Part shown: positions 21,850-37,568 of the stretch, piece by piece
How positions within the stretch are numbered: position 1 is the stretch's first letter
Layout of the letters: each line of letters starts with the position of its first letter
DNA from: Macrostomum hystrix
Lineage: Eukaryota; Animalia; Platyhelminthes
Reading direction: 5' to 3'
Assembly (NCBI GenBank): GCA_950097015.1
Contig: CATNEN010000007.1
Span: forward strand, 10,540,001 to 10,604,000
DNA: 64,000 bases
Translations under genes and position numbers: made by a program
The notes under the pieces: model-generated
Seen by the model: only the letters and a program-made list of their open reading frames with translations
Told to the model about the DNA's origin: nothing
Database searches by the model: none

Positions 21850-24800
21850 TATAGATATCTGAGCTTAGATATCTATCAATGCTGAGCCTGGATATCTATC
21901 AATGCTGAGCCTACATGTCTATAAAAATGTTGAGCCTAGATATTTATCGATTTTGAGCCTAGGAATCTATCGACTCTGAGCCTAGATAATTATCATTGCT
22001 GAGCCTAGGTAACTATCAATACTGAGCCTAGGTAACTTTCAATGCTGAGCCTAGGTAACTATCAATACTGAGCCTAGGCAACTATCAATGCTGAGCCTAG
22101 GTAACTATCAATGCTGACCCTAGGTAACTATCAATGCTGACCCTAGGTAACTATCAATACTGACCCTAGGTAACTATCAATGCTGACCCTAGGTAACTAT
22201 CAATACTGAGCCTAGGTAACTATCAATGCTGACCCTAGGTAACTATCAATGCTGACCCTAGGTAACTATCAATGCTGACCCTAGGTAACTATCAATACTG
22301 AGCCTATGTAACTATCAATACTGAGCCTGGATAACTATCAATGCTAAGCCTAGGTAACTATCAATGCTGACCCTAGGTAACTATCAATGCTGAGCCTAGG
22401 TAACTATCAATGCTGAGCCTAGGTAACTATCAATACTGAGCCTAGGTAACTATCAATGCTGACCCTAGGTAACTATCAATGCTGAGCCTAGGTAACTATC
22501 AATGCTGAGCCTAGGTAACTATCAATACTGAGCCTGGAAAACTATCAATGCTGACCCTAGGTAACTATCAATGCTGAGCCTAGGTAACTATCAATGCTGA
22601 GCCTAGGTAACTATCAATACTGAGCCTGGATAACTATCAATGCTGACCCTAGGTAACTATCAATGCTGAGCCTAGGTAACTATCAATGCTGACCCTAGGT
22701 AACTATCAATGCTGAGCCTAGGTAACTATCAATACTGAGCCTGGAAAACTATCAATGCTGACCCTAGGTAACTATCAATGCTGAGCCTAGGTAACTATCA
22801 ATGCTGACCCTAGGTAACTATCAATGCTGAGCCTAGGTAACTATCAATGCTGAGCCTAGGTAACTATCAATACTGAGCCTGGAAAACTATCAATGCTGAC
22901 CCTAGGTAACTATCAATGCTGAGCCTAGGTAACTATCAATGCTGAGCCTAGGTAACTATCAATGCTGAGCCTAGGTAACTATCAATGCTGACCCTAGGTA
23001 ACTATCAATGCTGAGCCTAGGTAACTATCAATACTGAGCCTAGGTAACTATCAATGCTGAGCCTAGGTAACTATCAATGCTGAGCCTAGGTAACTATCAA
23101 TACTGAGCCTAGGTAACTATCAATGCTGACCCTCGGTAACTATCAACACTGAGCCTAGGTAACTATCAATGCTGAGCCTAGGTAACTATCAATGCTGAGC
23201 CCAGGTAACTATCAATGCTGACCCTAGGTAACTATCAATGCTGACCCTAGGTAACTAACAAAGCTGACCCTATGTAACTATCAATGCTGACCCTAGGTAA
23301 CTATCAATGCTGACCCTAGGTAACTATCAATGCTGACCCTAGGTAACTATCAATGCTGAGCCTAGGTAACTATCAATGCTGACCCTAGGTAACTATCAAT
23401 GCTGACCCTAGGTAACTATCAATGCTGAGCCTAGGTAACTATCAATACTGAGCCTAGGTAACTATCAATGCTGAGCCTAGGTAACTATCAATGCTGACCC
23501 TAGGTAACTATCAATGCTGAGCCTAGGTAACTATCAATGCTGAGCCTAGGTAACTATCAATACTGAGCCTGGATAACTATCAATGCTGAGCCTAGGTAAC
23601 TATCAATGCTGAGCCTAGGTAACTATCAATGCTGACCCTAGGTAACTATCAATGCTGAGCCTCGGTAACTATCAATGCTGAGCCTAGGTAACTATCAATA
23701 CTGAGCCTGGATAACTATCAATGCTGACCCTAGGTAACTATCAATGCTGAGCCTAGGTAACTATCAATGCTGACCCTAGGTAACTATCAATGCTGACCAT
23801 AGGTAACTATCAATGCTGACCCTAGGTAACTATCAATGCTGACCCTAGGTAACTATCAATGCTGAGCCTAGGTAACTATCAATACTGAGCCTGGATAACT
23901 ATCAATGCTGACCCTAGGTAACTATCAATGCTGAGCCTAGGTAACTATCAATGCTGACCCTAGGTAACTATCAATGCTGAGCCTAGGTAACTATCAATAC
24001 TGAGCCCAGGTAACTATCAATGCTGAGCCTAGGTAACTATCAATGCTGAGCCTAGGTAACTATCAATGCTGACCCTCGGTAACTATCAATACTGAGCCTA
24101 GGTAACTATCAATGCTGAGCCTAGGTAACTATCAATGCTGAGCCCAGGTAACTATCAATGCTGACCCTAGGTAACTATCAATGCTGACCCTAGGTAACTA
24201 TCAATGCTGACCCTATGTAACTATCAATGCTGACCCTAGGTAACTATCAATGCTGACCCTAGGTAACTATCAATGCTGACCCTAGGTAACTATCAATGCT
24301 GACCCTAGGTAACTATCAATGCTGACCCTAGGTAACTATCAATACTGAGCCTAGGTAACTATCAATGCTGAGCCTAGGTAACTATCAATGCTGACCCTAG
24401 GTAACTATCAATGCTGAGCCTAGGTAACTATCAATGCTGAGCCTAGGTAACTATCAATACTGAGCCTGGATAACTATCAATGCTGAGCCTAGGTAACTAT
24501 CAATACTGAGCCTAGGTAACTATCAATGCTGACCCTAGGTAACTATCAATGCTGAGCCTGGATAACTATCAATGCTGAGCCTAGGTAACTATCAATGCTG
24601 AGCCTGGATAACTATCAATGCTGACCCTAGGTAACTATCAATGCTGACCCTAGGTAACTATCAATGCTGACCCTAGGTAACTATCAATGCTGAGCCTAGG
24701 TAACTATCAATACTGAGCCTAGGTAACTATCAATGCTGACCCTAGGTAACTATCAATGCTGAGCCTAGGCAACTATCAATGCTGAGCCTAGGTAACTATC

Positions 24801-27800
24801 AATGCTGACCCTAGGTAACTATCAATGCTGAGCCTAGGTAACTATCAATGCTGAGCCTAGGTAACTATCAATGCTGAGCCTAGGTCACTATCAATGCTGA
24901 CCCTAGGTAACTATCAATACTGAGCCTGGATAACTATCAATGCTGAGCCTAGGTAACTATCAATGCTGACCCTAGGTAACTATCAATGCTGACCCTAGGT
25001 AACTATCAATGCTGACCCTAGGTAACTATCAATGCTGACCCTAGGTAACTATCAATGCTGACCCTAGGTAACTATCAATGCTGACCCTAGGTAACTATCA
25101 ATACTGAGCCTAGGTAACTATCAATACTGAGCCTGGATAACTATCAATGCTGACCCTAGGTAACTATCAATGCTGAGCCTAGGTAACTATCAATGCTGAG
25201 CCTAGGTAACTATCAATACTGAGCCTGGATAACTATCAATGCTGACCCTAGGTAACTATCAATGCTGAGCCTAGGTAACTATCAATGCTGAGCCTAGGTA
25301 ACTATCAATGCTGAGCCTAGGTAACTATCAATGCTGACCCTAGGTAACTATCAATGCTGAGCCTAGGTAACTATCAATGCTGAGCCTAGGTAACTATCAA
25401 TGCTGAGCCTAGGTCACTATCAATGCTGACCCTAGGTAACTATCAATACTGAGCCTGGATAACTATCAATGCTGAGCCTAGGTAACTATCAATGCTGACC
25501 CTAGGTAACTATCAATGCTGACCCTAGGTAACTATCAATGCTGACCCTAGGTAACTATCAATGCTGACCCTAGGTAACTATCAATGCTGACCCTAGGTAA
25601 CTATCAATGCTGAGCCTAGGTAACTATCAATGCTGAGCCTAGGTAACTATCAATGCTGAGCCTAGGTAACTATCAATGCTGACCCTAGGTAACTATCAAT
25701 GCTGAGCCTAGGTAACTATCAATGCTGAGCCTAGGTAACTAGTAATACTGAGCCTGGATAACTATCAATGCTGACCCTAGGTAACTATCAATGCTGACCC
25801 TAGTATCAATGCTGAGCCTAGGTAACTATCAATGCTGAGCCTAGGTAACTATCAATGCTGACCCTAGGTAACTATCAATGCTGAGCCTAGGTAACTATCA
25901 ATGCTGAGCCTAGGTAACTATCAATGCTGAGCCTAGGTAACTATCAATGCTGAGCCTAGGTAACTATCAATGTTGAGCCTAGGTAACTATCAATGCTGAG
26001 CCTAGGTAACTATCAATGCTGACCCTAGGTAACTATCAATACTGAGCCTAGGTAACTATCAATACTGAGCCTAGGTAACTATCAATGCTGACCCTAGGTA
26101 ACTATCAATGCTGAGCCTAGGTAACTATCAATGCTGAGCCTAGGTAACTATCAATGCTGACCCTAGGTAACTAACAATGATGACCTTAGGTAACTATCAA
26201 TGCTGACCCTAGGTAACTATCAATGCTGACCCTAGGTAACTATCAATGCTGACCCTAGGTAACTATCAATACTGAGCCTAGGTAACTATCAATGCTGACC
26301 CTAGGAAACTATCAATGCTGACCCTAGGTAACTATCAATGCTGACCCTAGGTAACTATCAATACTGAGCCTGGATAACTATCAATGCTGAGCCTAGGTAA
26401 CTATCAATGCTGAGCCTAGGTAACTATCAATGCTGACCCTAGGTAACTATCAATACTGAGCCTAGGTAACTATCAATACTGAGCCTGGATAACTATCAAT
26501 GCTGAGCCTAGGTAACTATCAATGCTGACCCAAGGAAACTATCAATGCTGACCCTAGGTAACTATCAATGCTGACCCTAGGTAACTATCAATACTGAGCC
26601 TAGGTAACTATCAATACTGAGCCTGGATAACTATCAATGCTGAGCCTAGGTAACTATCAATGCTGAGCCAAGGAAACTATCAATGCTGAGCCTAGGTAAC
26701 TATCAATGCTGACCCAAGGAAACTATCAATGCTGACCCTAGGTAACTATCAATGCTGACCCTCGGTAACTATCAATGCTGAGCCTAGGTAACTATCAATG
26801 CTGACCCTAGGTAACTATCAATGCTGACCCTAGGTAACTATCAATGCTGACCCTAGCTAACTATCAATACTGAGCCTAGGTAACTATCAATACTGAGCCT
26901 AGGTAACTATCAATGCTGAGCCTCGGTAACTATCAATGCTGAGCCTAGGTAACTATCAATGCTGACCCTAGGTAACTATCAATGCTGAGCCTAGGTAACT
27001 ATCAATGCTGACCCTAGGTAACTATCAATGCTGACCCTAGCTAACTATCAATGCTGAGCCTAGGTAACTATCAATGCTGAGCCTAGGTAACTATCAATGC
27101 TGAGCCTAGGTAACTATCAATGCTGACCCTAGGTAACTATCAATGCTGACCCTAGGTAACTATCAATACTGAGCCTAGGTAACTATCAATGCTGAGCCTA
27201 GGTAACTATCAATGCTGAGCCTAGGTAACTATCAATGCTGACCCTAGGTAACTATTAATACTGAGCCTAGGTAACTATCAATGCTGAGCCTAGGTAACTA
27301 TCAATGCTGAGCCTAGGTAACTATCAATGCTGACCCTAGGTAACTAACAATGCTGACCCTAGGTAACTATCAATGCTGACCCTAGGTAACTATCAATGCT
27401 GACCCTAGGTAACTATCAATGCTGACCCTAGGTAACTATCAATGCTGACCCTAGGTAACTATCAATACTGAGCCTAGGTAACTATCAATGCTGACCCTAG
27501 GTAACTATCAATGCTGACCCTAGGTAACTATCAATGCTGACCCTAGGTAACTATCAATGCTGACCCTAGGTAACTATCAATGCTGAGCCTAGGTAACTAT
27601 CAATGCTGACCCTAGGTAACTATCAATGCTGAGCCTAGGTAACTATCAATACTGAGCCTAGGTAACTATCAATGCTGAGCCTAGGTAACTATCAATGCTG
27701 AGCCTAGGTAACTATCAATGCTGACCCTCGGTAACTATCAATACTGAGCCTAGGTAACTATCAATGCTGAGCCTAGGTAACTATCAATGCTGAGCCTAGG

Positions 27801-30800
27801 TAACTATCAATGCTGAGCCTAGGTAACTATCAATGCTGAGCCTAGGTAACTATCAATGCTGAGCCTAGGTAACTATCAATGCTGAGCCTAGGTAACTATC
27901 AATGCTGACCCTAGGTAACTATCAATACTGAGCCTAGGTAACTATCAATGCTGAGCCTAGGTAACTATCAATGCTGAGCCTAGGTAACTATCAATGCTGA
28001 GCCTAGGTAACTATCAATGCTGAGCCTAGGTAACTATCAATGCTGAGCCTAGGTAACTATCAATGCTGAGTCTAGGTAACTATCAATGCTGACCCTAGGT
28101 AACTATCAATGCTGAGCCTAGGTAACTATCAATGCTGAGCCTAGGTAACTATCAATGCTGACCCTAGGTAACTATCAATGCTGACCCTAGGTAACTATCA
28201 ATGCTGACCCTAGGTAACTATCAATGCTGACCCTAGGTAACTATCAATGCTGACCCTAAGTAACTATCAATGCTGAGCCTAGGTAACTATCAATGCTGAC
28301 CCTAGGCAACTATCAATACTGAGCCTGGATAACTATCAATGCTGACCCTAGGTAACTATCAATACTGAGCCTAGGTAACAATCAATGCTGAGCCTAGGTA
28401 ACTATCAATGCTGACCCTAGGTAACTATCAATGCTGAGCCTAGGTAACTATCAATGCTGACCCTAGGTAACTATCAATGCTGACCCTAGGTAACTATCAA
28501 TGCTGAGCCTAGGTAACTATCAATGCTGAGCCTAGGTAACTATCAATGCTGACCCTAGGTAACTATCAATGCTGACCCTAGGTAACTATCAATGCTGACC
28601 CTAGGTAACTATCAATGCTGACCCTAGGTAACTATCAATACTGAGCCTAGGTAACTATCAATACTGAGCCTGGATAACTATCAATACTGAGCCTAGGTAA
28701 CTATCAATGCTGACCCTAGGTAACTATCAATGCTGACCCTTGGTAACTATCAATACTGAGCCTAGGTAACTATCAATGCTGAGCCTAGGTAACTATCAAT
28801 GCTGAGCCTAGGTAACTATCAATGCTGACCCTAGGTAACTATCAATGCTGACCCTAGGTAACTATCAATGCTGACCCTAGGTAACTATCAATACTGAGCC
28901 TAGGTAACTATCAATGCTGACCCTAGGTAACTATCAATGCTGAGCCTAGGTAACTATCAATGCTGAGCCTAGGTAACTATCAATGCTGACCCTAGGTAAC
29001 TATCAATGCTGACCCTCGGTAACTATCAATGCTGAGCCTAGGTAACTATCAATGCTGAGCCTAGGTAACTATCAATGCTGAGCCTAGGTAACTATCAATA
29101 CTGAGCCAAGGTAACTATCAATGCTGACCCTAGGTAACTATCAATACTGAGCCTGGATAACTATCAATGCTGACCCTAGGTAACTATCAATGCTGACCCT
29201 AGGTAACTATCAATACTGAGCCTAGGTAACTATCAATGCTGAGCCTAGGTAACTATCAATGCTGAGCCTAGGTAACTATCAATGCTGACCCTAGGTAACT
29301 ATCAATGCTGACCCTAGGTAACTATCAATGCTGACCCTAGGTAACTATCAATACTGAGCCTAGGTAACTATCAATGCTGACCCTAGGTAACTATCAATGC
29401 TGAGCCTCGGTAACTATCAATGCTGAGCCTAGGTAACTATCAATGCTGACCCTAGGTAACTATCAATGCTGAGCCTAGGTAACTATCAATGCTGAGCCTA
29501 GGTAACTATCAATGCTGAGCCTAGGTAACTATCAATGCTGACCCCAGGTAACTATCAATACTGAGCCTAGGTAACTATCAATGCTGAGCCTAGGTAACTA
29601 TCAATACTGAGCCTGGATAACTATTAATGCTGAGCCTAGGTAACTATCAATGCTGACCCTAGGTAACTATCAATGCTGAGCCTAGGTAACTATCAATGCT
29701 GAGCCTAGGTAACTATCAATGCTGACCCTAGGTAACTATCAATGCTGACCCTATGTAACTATCAATGCTGAGCCTAGGTAACTATCAATACTGACCCTAG
29801 GTAACTATCAATGCTGAGCCTCGGTAACTATCAATGCTGAGCCTAGGTAACTATCAATGCTGAGCCTAGGTAACTATCAATGCTGACCCTAGGTAACTAT
29901 CAATGCTGACCCTAGGTAACTATCAATGCTGACCCTAGGTAACTATCAATACTGAGCCTAGGTAACTATCAATACTGAGCCTGGATAACTATCAATGCTG
30001 ACCCTATGTAACTATCAATGCTGAGCCTAGGTAACTATCAATACTGAGCCTAGGTAACTATCAATGCTGAGCCTAGGTAACTATCAATGCTGACCCTAGG
30101 TAACTATCAATACTGAGCCTAGGTAACTATCAATGCTGACCCTAGGTAACTATCAATGCTGAGCCTAGGTAACTATCAATGCTGAGCCTAGGTAACTATC
30201 AATACTGAGCCTGGATAACTATCAATGCTGAGCCTAGGTAACTATCAATACTGAGCCTAGGTAACTATCAATGCTGACCCTAGGTAACTATCAATACTGA
30301 GCCTAGGTAACTATCAATACTGAGCCTAGGTAACTATCAATGCTGACCCTAGGTAACTATCAATGCTGACCCTAGGTAACTATCAATGCTGACCCTAGGT
30401 AACTATCAATACTGAGCCTATGTAACTATCAATGCTGAGCCTAGGTAACTATCAATGCTGACCCTAGGTAACTATCAATGCTGAGCCTAGGTAACTATCA
30501 ATACTGAGCCTAGGTAACTATCAATGCTGAGCCTAGGTAACTATCAATGCTGAGCCTAGGTAACTATCAATGCTGACCCTCGGTAACTATCAATACTGAG
30601 CCTAGGTAACTATCAATGCTGAGCCTAGGTAACTATCAATGCTGAGCCTAGGTAACTATCAATGCTGACCCTTGGTAACTATCAATGCTGACCCTAGGTA
30701 ACTATCAATGCTGACCCTAGGTAACTATCAATGCTGACCCTAGGTAACTATCAATGCTGACCCTAGGTAACTATCAATGCTGACCCTAGGTAACTATCAA

Positions 30801-33800
30801 TGCTGACCCTCGGTAACTATCAATGCTGAGCCTAGGTAACTATCAATGCTGAGCCTAGGTAACTATCAATGCTGAGCCTAGGTAACTATCAATACTGAGC
30901 CAAGGTAACTATCAATGCTGACCCTAGGTAACTATCAATACTGAGCCTGGATAACTATCAATGCTGACCCTAGGTAACTATCAATGCTGACCCTAGGTAA
31001 CTATCAATACTGAGCCTAGGTAACTATCAATGCTGAGCCTAGGTAACTATCAATGCTGAGCCTAGGTAACTATCAATGCTGACCCTAGGTAACTATCAAT
31101 GCTGACCCTAGGTAACTATCAATGCTGACCCTAGGTAACTATCAATACTGAGCCTAGGTAACTATCAATGCTGACCCTAGGTAACTATCAATGCTGAGCC
31201 TCGGTAACTATCAATGCTGAGCCTAGGTAACTATCAATGCTGACCCTAGGTAACTATCAATGCTGAGCCTAGGTAACTATCAATGCTGAGCCTAGGTAAC
31301 TATCAATGCTGAGCCTAGGTAACTATCAATGCTGACCCTAGGTAACTATCAATACTGAGCCTAGGTAACTATTAATGCTGAGCCTAGGTAACTATCAATA
31401 CTGAGCCTGGATAACTATTAATGCTGAGCCTAGGTAACTATCAATGCTGACCCTAGGTAACTATCAATGCTGAGCCTAGGTAACTATCAATGCTGAGCCT
31501 AGGTAACTATCAATGCTGACCCTAGGTAACTATCAATGCTGACCCTATGTAACTATCAATGCTGAGCCTAGGTAACTATCAATGCTGACCCTAGGTAACT
31601 ATCAATGCTGAGCCTCGGTAACTATCAATGCTGAGCCTAGGTAACTATCAATGCTGAGCCTAGGTAACTATCAATGCTGACCCTAGGTAACTATCAATGC
31701 TGACCCTAGGTAACTATCAATGCTGACCCTAGGTAACTATCAATACTGACCCTAGGTAACTATCAATACTGAGCCTGGATAACTATCAATGCTGACCCTA
31801 GGTAACTATCAATGCTGACCCTAGGTAACTATCAATACTGACCCTAGGTAACTATCAATGCTGAGCCTAGGTAACTATCAATGCTGAGCCTAGGTAACTA
31901 TCAATGCTGAGCCTAGGTAACTATCAATGCTGAGCCTAGGTAACTATCAATGCTGACCCTAGGTAACTATCAATGCTGACCCTAGGTAACTATGAATACT
32001 GAGCCTGGATAACTATCAATACTGAGCCTAGGTAACTATCAATACTGAGCCTAGGTAACTATCAATGCTGAGCCTAGGTAACTATCAATGCTGACCCTAG
32101 GTAACTATCAATGCTGACCCTAGGTAACTATCAATGCTGAGCCTAGGTAACTATCAATGCTGAGCCTAGGTAACTATCAATGCTGACCCTAGGTAACTAT
32201 CAATGCTGACCCTAGGTAACTATGAATACTGAGCCTGGATAACTATCAGTGCTGACCCTAGGTAACTATCAATGCTGACCCTAGGTAACTATCAATGCTG
32301 ACCCTAGGTAACTATCAATGCTGACCCTAGGTAACTATCAATGCTGACCCTAGGTAACTATCAATACTGAGCCTAGATAACTATCAATACTGAGCCTGGA
32401 TAACTATCAATGCTGACCCTAGGTAACTATCAATGCTGAGTCTAGGTAACTATCAATGCTGAGCCTAGGTAACTATCAATACTGAGCCTAGGTAACTATC
32501 AATGCTGACCCTAGGTAACTATCAATGCTGAGCCTAGGTAACTATCAATACTGACCCTAGGTAACTATCAATGCTGAGCCTAGGTAACTATGAATACTGA
32601 GCCTGGATAACTATCAATGCTGACCCTAGGTAACTATCAATGCTGACCCTAGGTAACTATCAATGCTGACCCTAGGTAACTATCAATGCTGACCCTAGGT
32701 AACTATCAATGCTGACCCTAGGTAACTATCAATGCTGACCCTAGGTAACTATCAATGCTGACCCTAGGTAACTATCAATGCTGAGCCTGGATAACTATCA
32801 ATGCTGACCCTAGGTAACTATCAATACTGAGCCTAGGTAACTATCAATACTGAGCCTAGGTAACTATCAATGCTGAGCCTAGGTAACTATCAATGCTGAG
32901 CCTGGATAACTATCAATACTGAGCCTAGGTAACTATCAATACTGAGCCTAGGTAACTATCAATACTGAGCCTAGGTAACTATCAATGCTGAGCCTAGGTA
33001 ACTATCAATGCTGAGCCTAGGTAACTATCAATGCTGAGCCTAGGTAACTATCAATGCTGACCCTAGGTAACTATCAATGCTGACCCTAGGTAACTATCAA
33101 TACTGAGCCTGGATAACTATCAATGCTGACCCTAGGTAACTATCAATGCTGACCCTAGGTAACTATCAATGCTGACCCTAGGTAACTATCAATACTGAGC
33201 CTGGATAACTATCAATGCTGACCCTAGGTAACTATCAATACTGAGCCTAGGTAACTATCAATACTGAGCCTAGGTAACTATCAATGCTGAGCCTAGGTAA
33301 CTATCAATGCTGAGCCTGGATAACTATCAATGCTGACCCTAGGTAACTATCAATGCTGACCCTAGGTAACTATCAATGCTGAGCCCAGGTAACTATCAAT
33401 ACTGAGCCTAGGTAACTATCAATACTGAGCCTAGGTAACTATCAATACTGAGCCTAGGTAACTATCAATGCTGAGCCTAGGTAACTATCAATGCTGAGCC
33501 TGGATAACTATCAATGCTGACCCTAGGTAACTATCAATGCTGACCCTAGGTAACTATCAATGCTGAGCCTAGGTAACTATCAATGCTGAGCCTAGGTAAC
33601 TATCAATACTGAGCCTAGGTAACTATCAATACTGAGCCTAGGTAACTATCAATACTGAGCCTAGGTAACTATCAATACTGAGCCTGGATAACTATCAATG
33701 CTGACCCTAGGTAACTATCAATGCTGACCCTAGGTAACTATCAATGCTGAGCCTGGATAACTATCAATGCTGACCCTAGGTAACTATCAATACTGAGCCT

Positions 33801-36800
33801 AGGTAACTATCAATACTGAGCCTAGGTAACTATCAATGCTGAGCCTAGGTAACTATCAATGCTGAGCCTAGGTAACTATCAATGCTGAGCCTAGGTAACT
33901 ATCAATGCTGACCCTAGGTAACTATCAATACTGAGCCTAGGTAACTAGTAATACTGAGCCTGGATAACTATCAATGCTGACCCTAGGTAACTATCAATGC
34001 TGAGCCTAGGTAACTATCAATGCTGAGCCTAGGTAACTATCAATGCTGACCCTAGGTAACTATCAATGCTGAGCCTAGGTAACTATCAATGCTGACCCTA
34101 GGTAACTATCAATGCTGAGCCTAGGTAACTAGTAATACTGAGCCTGGATAACTATCAATGCTGACCCTAGGTAACTATCAATGCTGAGCCTAGGTAACTA
34201 TCAATGCTGAGCCTAGGTAACTATCAATGCTGACCCTAGGTAACTATCAATGCTGACCCTAGGTAACTATCAATGCTGAGCCTAGGTAACTATCAATGCT
34301 GAGCCTAGGTAACTATCAATGCTGACCCTAGGTAACTATCAATGCTGAGCCTAGGTAACTATCAATGCTGACCCTAGGTAACTATCAATGCTGAGCCTAG
34401 GTAACTAGTAATACTGAGCCTGGATAACTATCAATGCTGACCCTAGGTAACTATCAATGCTGAGCCTAGGTAACTATCAATGCTGACCCTAGGTAACTAT
34501 CAATACTGAGCCTAGGTAACTATCAATGCTGAGCCTAGGTAACTATCAATACTGAGCCTGGATAACTATTAATGCTGAGCCTAGGTAACTATCAATGCTG
34601 AGCCTAGGTAACTATCAATGCTGACCCTAGGTAACTATCAATGCTGAGCCTGGATAACTATCAATGCTGACCCTAGGTAACTATCAATACTGAGCCTAGG
34701 TAACTATCAATACTGAGCCTAGGTAACTATCAATGCTGAGCCTAGGTAACTATCAATGCTGAGCCTAGGTAACTATCAATGCTGAGCCTAGGTAACTATC
34801 AATGCTGACCCTAGGTAACTATCAATACTGAGCCTAGGTAACTAGTAATACTGAGCCTGGATAACTATCAATGCTGACCCTAGGTAACTATCAATGCTGA
34901 GCCTAGGTAACTATCAATGCTGAGCCTAGGTAACTATCAATGCTGACCCTAGGTAACTATCAATGCTGAGCCTAGGTAACTATCAATGCTGACCCTAGGT
35001 AACTATCAATGCTGAGCCTAGGTAACTAGTAATACTGAGCCTGGATAACTATCAATGCTGACCCTAGGTAACTATCAATGCTGAGCCTAGGTAACTATCA
35101 ATGCTGAGCCTAGGTAACTATCAATGCTGACCCTAGGTAACTATCAATACTGAGCCTAGGTAACTATCAATGCTGAGCCTAGGTAACTATCAATGCTGAC
35201 CCTAGGTAACTATCAATGCTGACCCTAGGTAACTATCAATACTGAGCCTAGGTAACTATCAATGCTGAGCCTAGGTAACTATCAATACTGAGCCTGGATA
35301 ACTATTAATGCTGAGCCTAGGTAACTATCAATGCTGAGCCTAGGTAACTATCAATGCTGACCCTAGGTAACTATCAATGCTGACCCTAGGTAACTATCAA
35401 TGCTGACCCTAGGTAACTATCAATACTGAGCCTAGGTAACTATCAATGCTGAGCCTAGGTAACTATCAATACTGAGCCTGGATAACTATCAATGCTGACC
35501 CTAGGTAACTATCAATGCTGACCCTAGGTAACTATCAATGCTGACCCTAGGTAACTATCAATACTGAGCCTGGATAACTATCAATGCTGACCCTAGGTAA
35601 CTATCAATGCTGAGCCTGGATAACTATCAATGCTGACCCTAGGTAACTATCAATACTGAGCCTAGGTAACTATCAATACTGAGCCTAGGTAACTATCAAT
35701 GCTGAGCCTAGGTAACTATCAATGCTGAGCCTAGGTAACTATCAATGCTGAGCCTAGGTAACTATCAATGCTGACCCTAGGTAACTATCAATACTGAGCC
35801 TAGGTAACTATCAATGCTGAGCCTGGATAACTATCAATACTGAGCCTAGGTAACTATCAATACTGAGCCTAGGTAACTATCAATACTGAGCCTAGGTAAC
35901 TATCAATGCTGAGCCTAGGTAACTATCAATGCTGAGCCTGGATAACTATCAATGCTGAGCCTAGGTAACTATCAATGCTGAGCCTAGGTAACTATCAATG
36001 CTGAGCCAAGGTAACTATCAATGCTGACCCTAGGTAACTATCAATGCTGAGCCTAGGTAACTATCAATGCTGAGCCTAGGTAACTATCAATACTGAGCCT
36101 AGGTAACTATCAATACTGAGCCTAGGTAACTAGTAATACTGAGCCTGGATAACTATCAATGCTGACCCTAGGTAACTATCAATGCTGAGCCTAGGTAACT
36201 ATCAATACTGAGCCTAGGTAACTATCAATACTGAGCCTAGGTAACTATCAATGCTGAGCCTAGGTAACTATCAATGCTGAGCCTAGGTAACTATCAATGC
36301 TGAGCCTAGGTAACTATCAATACTGAGCCTAGGTAACTATCAATACTGAGCCTAGGTAACTATCAATGCTGAGCCTAGGTAACTATCAATGCTGAGCCTA
36401 GGTAACTATCAATGCTGAGCCTAGGTAACTATCAATGCTGACCCTAGGTAACTATCAATGCTGAGCCTGGATAACTATCAATGCTGACCCTAGGTAACTA
36501 TCAATACTGAGCCTAGGTAACTATCAATGCTGACCCTAGGTAACTATCAATGCTGACCCTAGGTAACTATCAATACTGAGCCTAGGTAACTATCAATGCT
36601 GACCCTAGGTAACTATCAATGCTGAGCCTAGGTAACTATCAATGCTGAGCCTAGGTAACTATCAATACTGAGCCTGGATAACTATCAATGCTGAGCCTAG
36701 GTAACTATCAATGCTGAGCCTAGGTAACTATCAATGCTGAGCCAAGGTAACTATCAATGCTGACCCTAGGTAACTATCAATGCTGAGCCTAGGTAACTAT

Positions 36801-37162
36801 CAATGCTGAGCCAAGGTAACTATCAATGCTGACCCTAGGTAACTATCAATGCTGAGCCTAGATGTCTATAAAAATGTTAAGCCTAGATATGCATCGATTC
36901 TGACCCTTGGAATCTATCAATTCTGAGGTTGGATAACTATGAAAGCTGAGCTTGGATAACTATCAATTCTGAGCTTGGATATCTATCAATTCTGGGCCTA
37001 GATATCTATCAATGCTGAGACTGGATAACTATCAAAGCTGAGCCTAGGTATCTATAAAAATGTTGAGCCTAGATATGTATTGATTTTGAGCCTAGGAATC
37101 TATCAATTCTGAGCATAGACATCTATCCCATCTGAGCCTAGATTTCTATCGATTCTGAGCTT
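21850..37162. repeat. ~15.3-kb 23-bp satellite array (~660 units)
   Basis: Unit CTGA(G/C)CCT(AGGT/GGAT)AACTATCAAT(G/A); homogeneous core with degenerate edges. Confidence 0.99.
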
Positions 37163-37568
37163 TGATTTGTATTTATGCTATCTGGCTGTGTGATTGTTGT
37201 GCCTGGAAAACGGTTCAAATTCCTGGAATTCGCTTCGCTTCGCTTCGCTTTGCTCTGCTAGGAAAAATTAGTTACTTGCTGCCAAAAAAGGCCGATCACT
37301 TGGATCATTTTAGTTCTCAGCTGAAGCCTTTTGGAGTATGCTGTGAATTGGCTATATTGGTTGAAAAAAATGTTAAATGAAAAAAAAATATCTCTGTGCC
37401 GAACAGATAACAGAAGCCAGCTCAGCCTGTGCACATTGGGCAGTAATTATCTCGCCATTGGGGTTGACACAGCTATGCACATTTGGGTGAGAAATTTCTT
37501 ATCAGTACGCTCGCCTACTAAAACTGGCTCTGATGCAATCATTAAAATTGGCACTGGAGCCTCACTGT

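Noticed and set aside
21850-37162. CRISPR-like array, or similarity to the 28S rDNA R2/I-PpoI site (GTAACTAT...AGGTA)
   Set aside because: No unique spacers, no cas genes and a eukaryotic context; the rDNA resemblance is only ~8+5 nt with different spacing.
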